NCBI GenBank assembly: GCA_963761305.1 | Contig: CAVXGK010000001.1 | Location: 544,001-608,000 of the forward strand | Length of the DNA stretch: 64,000 nt | Source: an uncultured Gemmatimonadaceae bacterium | GTDB lineage: Bacteria > Gemmatimonadota > Gemmatimonadetes > Gemmatimonadales > Gemmatimonadaceae | Direction: 5' to 3' | Shown: positions 1 to 9,006 of the stretch, piece by piece | Layout: every line of letters starts with the position of its first letter | Numbering within the stretch: the stretch's first letter is position 1 | The notes under the pieces: generated by a model | Databases searched by the model: none | What the model saw: the letters and a program-made list of their open reading frames with translations, nothing else | What the model was told of the DNA's origin: nothing | Program-made: the position numbers and the translations under genes

Positions 1-2
1 AG

Positions 3-1787
3 CAAAATGGGCTCTTGAGCATCGTCGGCACGCCGCTCCACGGCTATCGCGCCTGGACGCCCGGCTACACGTGGGAGGAATTGCTCGCCCAGAACGTGAA
101 CCGCACCATCCTCAGTTCCAACATCAATTGGCGGCCGACGAGCTGGCTGCAGACGCGCGCCAACATCGGCACGGACATGGCGGACCGCGTCGACGAAGAT
201 CTGAACATGAACGGCGAAGGCGCGCCGATCACGGCGACGCAGCGCGACGGATTCGCCGACAATGCGCGGACGAACATCGCCAATCTGTCCGCCGACCTTG
301 GTGCGACGGCCAACTACAATCCATCGCGTTATCGCTGGCTGGGCCTCAAGACCACGCTCGGCGCACAGTACGTGAACTCGCGTCAGGATCAGAACCTGGC
401 GGCGGGCACGACGCTCCCACCTGGGGCGCAGACGGCGGGCGCCGGCGCGACGGCGACCGCCACTGAGGCGACGACGCTCACGAAGACGTTGGGCGTTTTC
501 GTCGAAGAAGACGCGGCCATCCGTGACCGGTTGTTCTTGACCGGCGCCGTTCGAACGGACCAGAACAGCGCGTTCGGTACCAAGTTCCAGCGCGTGTACT
601 ACCCCAAGGGAAGCCTCTCGTGGGTCATGTCCGACGAAGACTTCTTCCCGCACGGCGGATTGTTCAGTCACGTCACCAGCTTCCGGCCGCGCCTGGCCTA
701 CGGCGCCTCGGGCGTGCAGCCGGGTTCCAACACCGCGGACCGGACGTTCCAGGCAGCGAAGTCCAACATCAAGGGTCTCGACCAGTCGTTCGAGGCGTTT
801 CAGACGATCGGCGACGACTCGTTGCGCCCCGAGCGATCGACGGAGTGGGAAACCGGATTCGATTCGCGGCTGTTCGGCAATCGGGTCCAGTTCGATCTCA
901 CGTATTTCTCGCGTCTCACGCACGACGCGTTGATCGCGGCGATCGTCGCTCCGTCGACGGGCATCGGCGGCACGAGCCAGCAGCAGAATCTCGGTTCCAT
1001 CAAGAACGCCGGCTGGGAAGCGACCTTCGGCGGAACGCTGATCGATACCCGGAACTTCGGGTTCGACTTCCAGCTCACCACGTCGTTGCTGGCGAACAAA
1101 GTCGTGAGCCTCGGGAACACCCAGACCCAGATCGGAACGACGAATTGGGTGGCGGCAGGCTACCCGATTCGCGGACTGTTCGCTCGGCCAATCCTCGGAT
1201 GGAACGACAAGAACCACGACGGAATCCTGACCTACAGCCCCGACAGCGCGCTCAACGAAGTGTTCGTCGGCAAGGACACGATTTTCCGAGGGTACGCGGA
1301 ACCTCGCTACCTGACGTCGCTCACGTCGGGACTCGAGCTGTTCCAGCGACATCTTCGCATCCAGAGCTTGTTCGACTGGCGCGGTGGAAACCTGTGGTAC
1401 AACAACACGGAGCGAATTCGCTGCGTGAGCCGCCAGAACTGCAACGGCCTCATGAATCCGAATGCGTCGTTCCAAGAGCAGGCGATGGTCGTCGCGACGC
1501 TCAACGATCCGTCGCACACGCTCGACGGGTTCCTGCAGCCGGGCGCGTTCGTGAAGTGGCGCGAAGCGTCGGCGACGCTGACACTGCCCAATCGCGCGGC
1601 GGAGATGCTCCGCGCCCGCACGGCGAGCTTCGTCTTCTCGGCGCGCAACCTCTACACGTGGACGAAGTACCGCGGCACCGATCCGGAGAGCGACTTCGCG
1701 GTCGGCGAGGGCGGCGATGCGCCGTCCGAGTTCCAGACGTTCGCGCAGCCTACGTACTTCATTTTCCGCCTCAACCTGGGCTTCTGA
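3..1787 (+). CDS. SusC/RagA-family TonB-dependent outer membrane receptor (5' truncated by window edge)
   Basis: Frame open from the window start; SusC-like motifs RDRLFLTGAVRTDQNSAFG, YYPKGSLSW, LRPERSTEWETGFD, NLGSIKNAGWE; C-terminal F; followed by a SusD-like gene. Confidence 0.9.
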   Translation, partial: QNGLLSIVGTPLHGYRAWTPGYTWEELLAQNVNRTILSSNINWRPTSWLQTRANIGTDMADRVDEDLNMNGEGAPITATQRDGFADNARTNIANLSADLGATANYNPSRYRWLGLKTTLGAQYVNSRQDQNLAAGTTLPPGAQTAGAGATATATEATTLTKTLGVFVEEDAAIRDRLFLTGAVRTDQNSAFGTKFQRVYYPKGSLSWVMSDEDFFPHGGLFSHVTSFRPRLAYGASGVQPGSNTADRTFQAAKSNIKGLDQSFEAFQTIGDDSLRPERSTEWETGFDSRLFGNRVQFDLTYFSRLTHDALIAAIVAPSTGIGGTSQQQNLGSIKNAGWEATFGGTLIDTRNFGFDFQLTTSLLANKVVSLGNTQTQIGTTNWVAAGYPIRGLFARPILGWNDKNHDGILTYSPDSALNEVFVGKDTIFRGYAEPRYLTSLTSGLELFQRHLRIQSLFDWRGGNLWYNNTERIRCVSRQNCNGLMNPNASFQEQAMVVATLNDPSHTLDGFLQPGAFVKWREASATLTLPNRAAEMLRARTASFVFSARNLYTWTKYRGTDPESDFAVGEGGDAPSEFQTFAQPTYFIFRLNLGF

Positions 1788-1790
1788 TCG

Positions 1791-3209
1791 ATGCCAAATA
1801 TTCGACACACCCTCAGAAGCCGCCGCGGCCTCCTGGCGGCGGCGGCGATCGCCGCCCTCGCGACTCTCGCGGCGTGCGATGCATGGAAGAACGATTTGTT
1901 GGAAGCGCCCGACCCCGACGTGATCGATCCGTCGAGTGTGCAGTCGGCGGCGGGGGCAACCTCGGTCCGCTTGGGTGCCTTGGCGCGGTTGCGACTGGCC
2001 ACCGTCGGATCCGGCAACGCAGGTTCCGAAGGCACGTGGCTGATGGGCGGCCTGTTGGCTGACGAGTGGTCGACGTCGTCCACGTTCGTGCAGAACGACG
2101 AAGTGGACGAACGACAGACGTCGCTGAGCAACAGCTCGGTCGACGGTTCGCTACGAGCCATCTATCGAGTGCGCACGTCGGCGAATCAGGCGATCGGGCT
2201 GTTGAACAAGTTCAAGGCGACGCCCGCTTCGGACATTGGCGAGATGTACTTCGCGCGTGGCTTTTCCGAGTTGCAGTTGGCGTTGGATTTCTGCAACGGT
2301 ATTCCGTTGAGCGACGCGGCCGGCGACAACGTGGTGCTCGGAAAGCCGTTGACCGTCGCCGAGGTGTTGAATGTCGCGGTGGCGTCGCTCGACTCGGCGA
2401 TCGCATTGTCATCGGCGACCGATACTGCCTCGGTGACCGTCAACCGGGCGGCGAAGGTCGCGCGCGGGCGCGCGTTGATGGCGCTGAACCGTCCGGCGGA
2501 CGCCGCCACGGCAGTGGCCGGGGTTCCGACGAGCTTCTCCTACGACGCGACATCGTCGACCACGAGCCAAAACGGTATTTGGAACCAAGGGCTCAGCCAA
2601 CGCCGGTACACCATCGGCGACAGCCTGGAAGGAAACGCCCACAACCTGCTGGTCAAGAACGCCATTCCTTTCTACTCATTGCACGACCCAAGGCTGCCGG
2701 CGAGCTATACGATCAGCGCAAAGGGAGACACGACGAAGTCGCAGGACGGACTCACGTACTCCCGCACGACGACACTCTACAACCAGACGACGTCGATTTC
2801 GGTTGTGAACGGCATCGACGCCCGGCTCCTCGAGGCGGAAGCGGCTCTCCGCAACAACGATGCGGCGACGATGATTTCGACCCTCAACGCGCTGCGGGCA
2901 GCTCCGCAGACGCTGGGGACTGTCACGACGTCGCCGTCGGCGTTGGCCCCCCTCACCGACCCGGGCACGGCCGACGGCCGACTCACTCTGCTGTTCCGGG
3001 AGAAGGCGCTTTGGACCTTCAGTCGTGGCCAGCGGCTTGGCGACCTGCGGCGACTGATCCGGCAGTACAACAAGACGGCGGACCAGGTGTTTCCGATCGG
3101 CACGCACTATCGGGGAACGACATACGGCGCGGACGTGAACCTGCCGATCACCACCGGCGAGTCGAACGGCAATCCAAACTTTACGGCGTGTCTCGATCGA
3201 AACGCGTAA
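1791..3209 (+). CDS. SusD/RagB-like surface lipoprotein
   Basis: Lipobox LAAC; SusD-like C-terminal motifs RLLEAEAAL and GQRLGDLRR; starts 3 nt after susC-like stop. Confidence 0.85.
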   Translation: MPNIRHTLRSRRGLLAAAAIAALATLAACDAWKNDLLEAPDPDVIDPSSVQSAAGATSVRLGALARLRLATVGSGNAGSEGTWLMGGLLADEWSTSSTFVQNDEVDERQTSLSNSSVDGSLRAIYRVRTSANQAIGLLNKFKATPASDIGEMYFARGFSELQLALDFCNGIPLSDAAGDNVVLGKPLTVAEVLNVAVASLDSAIALSSATDTASVTVNRAAKVARGRALMALNRPADAATAVAGVPTSFSYDATSSTTSQNGIWNQGLSQRRYTIGDSLEGNAHNLLVKNAIPFYSLHDPRLPASYTISAKGDTTKSQDGLTYSRTTTLYNQTTSISVVNGIDARLLEAEAALRNNDAATMISTLNALRAAPQTLGTVTTSPSALAPLTDPGTADGRLTLLFREKALWTFSRGQRLGDLRRLIRQYNKTADQVFPIGTHYRGTTYGADVNLPITTGESNGNPNFTACLDRNA

Positions 3210-3210
3210 A

Positions 3211-3343
3211 ACCGGTGGACCGGTGGACCGGTAAGAGCAAAAGGCGAAGGAAAAAGCGAACAGCGGGGGGTGACCAAACCTCCCGCTGTTCGTTTTTCCT
3301 GCCCGTTTCCTCTCGTCCCACCTGTCCACCTGTCCACCCGTCC
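3211..3343. repeat. Palindromic intergenic element, family A copy 1 (8-bp GGTGGACC/GGTGGACA arms around a hairpin)
   Basis: ACCGGTGGACCGGTGGACCGGT left; CCACCTGTCCACCTGTCCACCCGTCC right (inverted); related to 6748-6860. Confidence 0.7.
3248..3300 (+). terminator. Intrinsic terminator after susCD (possibly bidirectional)
   Basis: Stem AGGAAAAAGCGAACAGCGGGGG / CCTCCCGCTGTTCGTTTTTCCT with A and T tracts. Confidence 0.75.
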
Positions 3344-3351
3344 GCCACCCC

Positions 3352-3366
3352 TGGCAGGGGGCATGC
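3352..3366 (+). promoter_or_regulatory. Possible sigma54 (-24/-12) promoter
   Basis: TGGCAGGGGGCATGC has GG-N10-GC spacing; lies about 230 nt upstream of the Omp85-like gene. Confidence 0.3.
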
Positions 3367-3593
3367 TCTATTTACGTGTCATTTCTTTCGGCGGGGAACG
3401 TCGCGGTCGCTGGTAGGTTTGGTTCGGGCAACTCGGGTCAGCACCGCCGAGCAGACCCATCGGCATCTTGACGCACGTACTGGGTAGCGTAGTCCTTTCA
3501 CGGTGGTACTTCCCGGAGGCTGTCTCCGGGAAAACAGGGGTCGTTCGTCGCTGGGAACGACCTCCTTCTGCGGCTCGGTCCGCGGGACTTTCA

Positions 3594-6500
3594 ATGGCTC
3601 GATTTCGTTTGGGCTGGTCGGCTGTCGTTACGCCGATGTTGCTACTCGCCACCACGGCCCCGGCGAGAGCCCAGGACTACTTCGGCCGCAACAAAGTCCA
3701 GTATGAATCGTTCGACTGGCGCATCCTCAAGTCGGACCACTTCGACAACTTTTTCTACCCGCCTGAATCGACGATCGTCCACGACGCGGCGCGCATGGCC
3801 GAGCGCTGGTACTCGCGCCATTCGGACACGTTCCGACACGCGTTCGACCGCAAGTCGCTGATTTTCTACGCCGACCAGCCCGACTTCGAGCAGACGAACG
3901 TCGTCAGCGAGCAGATCGAAGAAGGCACGGGCGGCGTCACCGAGTCGAACCGCACGCGCGTCATCATGCCGTTCGACGGCATCTACGCCGACAACGAACA
4001 CGTGCTGGGCCACGAGCTCGTGCACGTCTTCCAGTACAACATCGCCGAGGGCACGCCGGGCGGCGGTTTGATGCGCCTCGACGCGCTGCCCCTCTGGCTC
4101 ATCGAAGGCATGGCCGAGTACTTCTCGCTCGGCCGAGAGGATCCGCTGACCGCGATGTGGATGCGCGATGCCGTGCAGCGGAACAAGTTCCCGACGATCA
4201 AGCAGCTCACGACCGATCCGCGCTTCTTCCCGTATCGCTACGGTCAGGCGCTTTGGGCGTACGTCGGCGGACGCTGGGGTGACCGCGCGATCGTCGAGGT
4301 CTACCGCACCGCCCTCCGTCTTGGCTGGGACGCCGCGCTCGTGCGCGTGCTGGGCGAGAGCCAGGATTCGCTGTCGAAGGACTGGGCCGCCGCGAACCGC
4401 GCCATGTTCCTGCCGCAGATCGCCGGACGCACGCATCCCGACAGCGTAGCGACCAAGCTCGTGGGACTCGCGCGGAGCAGCGACTACAACCTCGCGCCGA
4501 CGATCAGCCCGGATGGCAAGCTGTTCGCCTTCTTCTCGAGCCGGAATCTGTTCACGATCGACCTGTTCATGGGCGATGCGCAGACCGGCAAGATCATCAA
4601 GAAGCTCGGCGGACAGGAGAGCGATCCGCACTTCGACGCGATCAGTTTCGTGAACTCGGCGGGCGACTGGTCGCCCGACGACAGCAAGTTCGCGTTCATC
4701 GTCTACGCCGACGGCAATCAGGAAATCGCGATCCTCAACACGAAAACGACGAACGTCGAACGGCGCATCAAGCTGCCGGGCATCGGCGCCGTGAGTTCCG
4801 TGTCGTGGTCGCCCGACGGCCGCACGCTGGCGTTCTCCGGCCAGGCCGGCGGCATCAGCGATCTCTATTTGCTCGATCTCGAGAAGGGCACGATCAAGCA
4901 GCTCACCAACGACCGCTACGCCGACATCCAGCCGACGTGGTCGCCGGACGGCAAGACCATCGCCTTCTCGACCGACCGCGGACCGCAGACCGACTTTAAC
5001 AAGTTGACGTTCTCGCCGCTGCAGCTGGCGACGTACGACCTCGAGACAGGACGGATCAGCGTCTTCTCGCCGTTCGCGCACGGGAAGCACATCAACCCGC
5101 AGTTCTCGCCGGACGGAAAGGACATCTTCTTCGTCTCGGACCAGGACGGGTTCCCCGACATCTATCGGTTGAGTCTCGCGTCCGGCCAGGTGTTCCGAGT
5201 GACGCACGTGTCGACCGGCGTGAGCGGTATCACGGCGACCTCGCCGGCGATCTCCATCTCGCGCAAGACCGGCCGCCTGTTGTTCAACACGTTCTACGAC
5301 CAGGGCCACGAGATCCGGTCGATGTCGCTCGAGGATGCGCAGGGCACGCCAATGACCCCGGCGGCGTTCGCCGAGGGCGCGCAGCTGCCGCCGCCTCAGG
5401 TCACCAAGAGCCTCGTGCAGACCTATCTCGCCGACGCGACATCGGGGCTGCCGACCGGCAGCGAGTTCCAGTTCGTGCCCTATCACTCGTCGTTCTCGCT
5501 CGACGCCATCGGCCAGCCGAGCGTCGGCGCCGTCGCGGGCGGGCCGTTCGGTCCGGGCATTGTCGGCGGCGTGTCGATGTTGTTCGGCGACCAACTCAGT
5601 GACCGCCAGATCTTCACGGCCATTCAAGCCAACGGCACGGTGAAGGACATCGGCGGCGCGGTGCAGTACTACAACATGAAAAACCGCTGGAACTGGGGCG
5701 CGGGAATTCAACACATCCCGTATCTCACGGGCGGCGTGTTCCTCGACACGGCGGCGGCCGGCGGACCCGGCGGCTACAGCATCGATCAGCTCTTACAGCG
5801 CATCTACATCGATCAGGCGTCGGCGTTCACGCAGTACCCGTTCTCGTCGACTCGACGTCTCGAGATCTCCGGCAACATCACGCACTACGGGTTCGACACG
5901 CAGCTCTTTCGGACAATCTTCGACGGCGTCGGCGACATCGTCGACGAGGAGGAGTCGACGTTCAACACCGGGTTCCACCCCGTGTGGTTCGCCGAACCGT
6001 CGATCGCCCTCGTGACCGACAATTCGTTCGACGCGTTCACGTCGCCGGTCGAAGGCGCGCGGTCGCGAGTCCAGTACACGCTCACGACCGGCTCAGTCAC
6101 GTACAGCACCGGCCTCGTCGATCTGCGCAAATATTTCTTCATGCGTCCGTTCACGCTTGCGCTGCGCGGACTGTCGCTGGGCCGCTACGGCAAGGGCTCC
6201 GAGGACATGAACACGACGTGGCCGATCTATCTAGGCGACGAGACACTGATTCGCGGCTACGGCTACAACTCGTTCAACAGCACCGAATGCGTTGTGCAGA
6301 ACGCGTCGCCTCAAGCGCAAGCCGCGGGCTGCCCGGTGTTCGACCGTCTGTTCGGCAGCAAGGTGGGCGTGGTGAATGCCGAGTTCCGCATTCCGCTGTT
6401 CGGTGTGGAGGGATTCGGGCTGGTCAACTTTCCCTTCCTGCCAACCGAAGTCTCGCCGTTCTTCGACGCGGGCGTGTCGTACACGAACTCACAGTCGCCG

Positions 6501-6743
6501 GATTGGCGCCTCACGACGACGGCGAACAACGTTCCCGCCTGCGCGTCGTCGACCAGCGTGCTCGCGGCCGATGCGTCGCAATCGCTGTATCCGTGCGCCG
6601 ATCGCATCCCGGTCTTCAGCACGGGCGTTTCGTTCCGCTTCAACCTGATGGGGTACGCGATCCTCGAAGCGTACCTGGCGCACCCGTTCCAGCGTCCGGA
6701 TCGGTCGTGGATCTGGGGCTTCCAGTTGGCGCCGGGATGGTAA
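3594..6743 (+). CDS. Secreted fusion: gluzincin/MA-like metallopeptidase + TolB/PD40 beta-propeller + Omp85 (BamA/TamA-like) beta-barrel
   Basis: Signal peptide ending ARA-QD; HELVH plus WLIEGMAEY; repeated WSPDG/FSPDG; barrel motifs IRGYG, NAEFRIP, FFDAG; C-terminal W. Start moved to ATG 3594. Confidence 0.85.
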   Translation: MARFRLGWSAVVTPMLLLATTAPARAQDYFGRNKVQYESFDWRILKSDHFDNFFYPPESTIVHDAARMAERWYSRHSDTFRHAFDRKSLIFYADQPDFEQTNVVSEQIEEGTGGVTESNRTRVIMPFDGIYADNEHVLGHELVHVFQYNIAEGTPGGGLMRLDALPLWLIEGMAEYFSLGREDPLTAMWMRDAVQRNKFPTIKQLTTDPRFFPYRYGQALWAYVGGRWGDRAIVEVYRTALRLGWDAALVRVLGESQDSLSKDWAAANRAMFLPQIAGRTHPDSVATKLVGLARSSDYNLAPTISPDGKLFAFFSSRNLFTIDLFMGDAQTGKIIKKLGGQESDPHFDAISFVNSAGDWSPDDSKFAFIVYADGNQEIAILNTKTTNVERRIKLPGIGAVSSVSWSPDGRTLAFSGQAGGISDLYLLDLEKGTIKQLTNDRYADIQPTWSPDGKTIAFSTDRGPQTDFNKLTFSPLQLATYDLETGRISVFSPFAHGKHINPQFSPDGKDIFFVSDQDGFPDIYRLSLASGQVFRVTHVSTGVSGITATSPAISISRKTGRLLFNTFYDQGHEIRSMSLEDAQGTPMTPAAFAEGAQLPPPQVTKSLVQTYLADATSGLPTGSEFQFVPYHSSFSLDAIGQPSVGAVAGGPFGPGIVGGVSMLFGDQLSDRQIFTAIQANGTVKDIGGAVQYYNMKNRWNWGAGIQHIPYLTGGVFLDTAAAGGPGGYSIDQLLQRIYIDQASAFTQYPFSSTRRLEISGNITHYGFDTQLFRTIFDGVGDIVDEEESTFNTGFHPVWFAEPSIALVTDNSFDAFTSPVEGARSRVQYTLTTGSVTYSTGLVDLRKYFFMRPFTLALRGLSLGRYGKGSEDMNTTWPIYLGDETLIRGYGYNSFNSTECVVQNASPQAQAAGCPVFDRLFGSKVGVVNAEFRIPLFGVEGFGLVNFPFLPTEVSPFFDAGVSYTNSQSPDWRLTTTANNVPACASSTSVLAADASQSLYPCADRIPVFSTGVSFRFNLMGYAILEAYLAHPFQRPDRSWIWGFQLAPGW

Positions 6744-6747
6744 GAGA

Positions 6748-6860
6748 GGTGGGTAGACAGGTAGACGGTAAGGACTTAGGCGAAGGGGAAGAATGAACAG
6801 CGGGCGGCCAATCACAGGCCGCCCGCTGTTTGGTTCCCGGTCCACCGGTCCACCGGTCTA
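6748..6860. repeat. Palindromic intergenic element, family A copy 2
   Basis: GGTAGACAGGTAGACGGT left; CCGGTCCACCGGTCCACCGGTCTA right; shares GGTAAG..AGGCGAAGG..GAACAGCGGG core with 3211-3343. Confidence 0.7.
6796..6830. terminator. Hairpin terminator between convergent genes
   Basis: Perfect 14-bp stem AACAGCGGGCGGCC-aatcaca-GGCCGCCCGCTGTT. Confidence 0.7.
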
Positions 6861-7349
6861 CGGCTTCTTCAACCCGGTTCGAAACGACCTTTTCGAAGCG
6901 CGCGACTGCATCTTCTGCACGTTCGCGTCGAACTTCGGCTGGTTCTGAGAGCTCAGCGCGCCGCGCAGGTCACTCCGCTCGGCCTGCATCATCTGCGTGC
7001 GCTGCGCGACGATGTTGGAGCGGATCGAGCGGAGTGTGGCCGTGTCGCCGCGCTGTCGAGCCGCCTTCGCGTTCTGCGCCTCGGTGCGCATCTGCGTGCC
7101 GAGCGACTGCATCTGAGACGCGTACTTCGCGTGCACGGCCTGCACGTTCGCCTTCTCGGCGTCGCTGAGCGTGATGCCGCGGAATAGGGCCTGATCGAAT
7201 TGTTTGCGTCCGCCGCGCCCGAACTTGCGGGCGTGAACGCCCGGAGTCGGAGTTGGAGTTGGAGTCGGAGTTGGCTGCTGGGCCGGAGCGATCGCGGCCG
7301 CACTCACGAGGACCGAGGCGGTCGCGACCAGGGAGCGCATGAACTTCAC
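6858..7349 (-). CDS. Spy/CpxP-like periplasmic protein
   Basis: GGAGG RBS, signal peptide, (PT)n linker, LTXXQ-like motifs LSDAEK and LSSQNQ, helical Q/R-rich body. Confidence 0.7.
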   Translation of the reverse strand: MKFMRSLVATASVLVSAAAIAPAQQPTPTPTPTPTPGVHARKFGRGGRKQFDQALFRGITLSDAEKANVQAVHAKYASQMQSLGTQMRTEAQNAKAARQRGDTATLRSIRSNIVAQRTQMMQAERSDLRGALSSQNQPKFDANVQKMQSRASKRSFRTGLKKP

Positions 7350-7435
7350 GGTGAACCTCCACCAAACGGGTACGGCGGGCGCACGAACGCGCCCGTCCTC
7401 CCGGTAGACGTTTGCAGGTTTCGCGCGTTAATGCG

Positions 7436-7840
7436 TCAAGATGCGGCCCCAACGAAGGCCACGGCGCTCATCTCGACCAGTATTCCGCGCAGATTAGCAC
7501 CCAATGCAGTTCGGGTCGGATACGGTTGCGGCATCAACGTCTTATATGCCTCGTTGAAGCGACCCCAGTCGTCGATGTCGGCGAGGTAGACGATGACCGA
7601 CACGACGTCGCTCAGATCGGCCCCGGCCGCGCGCAAGGCGCGCTGCACGTTGGCGACGACCTGCTTCGTTTGCCCCTCGACGTCGTCGCCCGCCAGCTTG
7701 CCGGTCACCGGATCGCGCGGTACCTGTCCCGACACGAACACGAATCCGCCCGCCTTCGCCGCCGGCGAGTAGGCGCCCACCGGCGCCGGAACGTCGTCGC
7801 CCAGTCGCACCGGTTGCCACTGTCGTTCGCGCTGTATCAT
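7436..7840 (-). CDS. RidA/YjgF family enamine deaminase
   Basis: PAPVGAYSPA, VFVSGQVP, FNEAY, PYPTRT, LVEMSAVA motifs. Confidence 0.9.
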   Translation of the reverse strand: MIQRERQWQPVRLGDDVPAPVGAYSPAAKAGGFVFVSGQVPRDPVTGKLAGDDVEGQTKQVVANVQRALRAAGADLSDVVSVIVYLADIDDWGRFNEAYKTLMPQPYPTRTALGANLRGILVEMSAVAFVGAAS

Positions 7841-7856
7841 TCATTTTCTCCGTGGG

Positions 7857-9002
7857 TTGACCGACATCACCGCGCGCACATCGATCGTGACGATTCCCCT
7901 CTCCGAACTCGAAACACCCGTTCCGGTCGTGGACCTCGACCGGCTCGGCCGAAATCTCGACCGGGCGGCCGAGTACGCAACCCGGCACGGACTCGCGCTC
8001 CGACCGCACATCAAGACCCACAAGTCGCCGCGCATCGCGCGCGAACAGTTGGCGCGCGGCGCCGTCGGCCTCACGTGCGCCACGCCGTTCGAGGCGGAGG
8101 TGATGAGCGGCGTCTGTCACGACCTGCTCGTCGCGTTCCCGCCGGTCGGCCAGGCGCGCGCGAACCGCATCGCCGCGTTGCCCGACACCGTGGATGTCAC
8201 CGTCGCGCTGGATTCGCTGGCGTCGGTGAAGCTGATCGCCGAAGCGGCGCGCGCCGCCGACCGCCGCATCGGCGTCTACGTGGAGCTGGATCTCGGGATG
8301 CACCGCGTCGGCGTGCCGGTGGTGGACGACGCAATCGCGATCGCGCGCGCCGTGTGCGCGCTGCCGCCGCTCGAGTTCAGCGGAATCGCGTTTTATCCGG
8401 GACACGTGCGTGAGCCGGTGGGAGCGGCACAAACGGCGAAACTCGAGTCGCTCGCCAAATCAGTGAGCGACGTGATCGCCGCGTTCGATCGCGCCGGCGT
8501 TCGCCCGCGCGTCGTGAGCGGCGGTTCGACGCCAACGCTCTGGAATACCCACGAGATCACCGGCGTCACCGAGTTTCGTCCGGGCACGTACGTCTACAAC
8601 GACCGTACGACGGCGGAGATCGGCGCATGCGGCTGGGACGATTGCGCGTTCACGGTGCTCGCGACGGTGGTCAGCACCGCTGTACCGAATCAGGCCGTGA
8701 TCGACGCCGGCAGCAAGGCGCTCGGCCGGGAGCCGATGCGCGGCGCGGACGCCAAGGACGGATTCGGCGCCCTACTCGACAGGCCTGAAGTCACCGTCGC
8801 CTCGATGTCCGAGGAGCACGGGATTCTGGATCTCTCGAAGACGGCGTGGCGCCCGCAGGTGGGCGAGCGCGTGCGCGTCGTACCGAATCACGTCTGCGTC
8901 GTCGTACACTTGAACGACGTGATCGCCGGCGCGCGGGGCGACGCCGTCGAGACGACGTGGCCCGTCGCCGCGCGCGGGCGCGGCTACACGATCGACGTGT
9001 AG
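7857..9002 (+). CDS. D-threonine aldolase / DSD1-family PLP-dependent enzyme (alanine racemase fold)
   Basis: LRPHIKTHK PLP-lysine motif, SGGSTP, EFRPGTYVY, SEEHG, VPNHVC; true start may be GTG 7887. Confidence 0.88.
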   Translation: MTDITARTSIVTIPLSELETPVPVVDLDRLGRNLDRAAEYATRHGLALRPHIKTHKSPRIAREQLARGAVGLTCATPFEAEVMSGVCHDLLVAFPPVGQARANRIAALPDTVDVTVALDSLASVKLIAEAARAADRRIGVYVELDLGMHRVGVPVVDDAIAIARAVCALPPLEFSGIAFYPGHVREPVGAAQTAKLESLAKSVSDVIAAFDRAGVRPRVVSGGSTPTLWNTHEITGVTEFRPGTYVYNDRTTAEIGACGWDDCAFTVLATVVSTAVPNQAVIDAGSKALGREPMRGADAKDGFGALLDRPEVTVASMSEEHGILDLSKTAWRPQVGERVRVVPNHVCVVVHLNDVIAGARGDAVETTWPVAARGRGYTIDV

Positions 9003-9006
9003 CCGG

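Noticed and set aside
7241..7275. 6-bp tandem repeat as a contingency locus
   Set aside because: In-frame, degenerate Pro-Thr linker codons; length change would not shift the frame
7404..7432. ECF-sigma promoter (TAAC-N16-CGTCTA, minus strand) for the Spy-like gene
   Set aside because: Plausible biologically, but the motif is too short to support from a single instance
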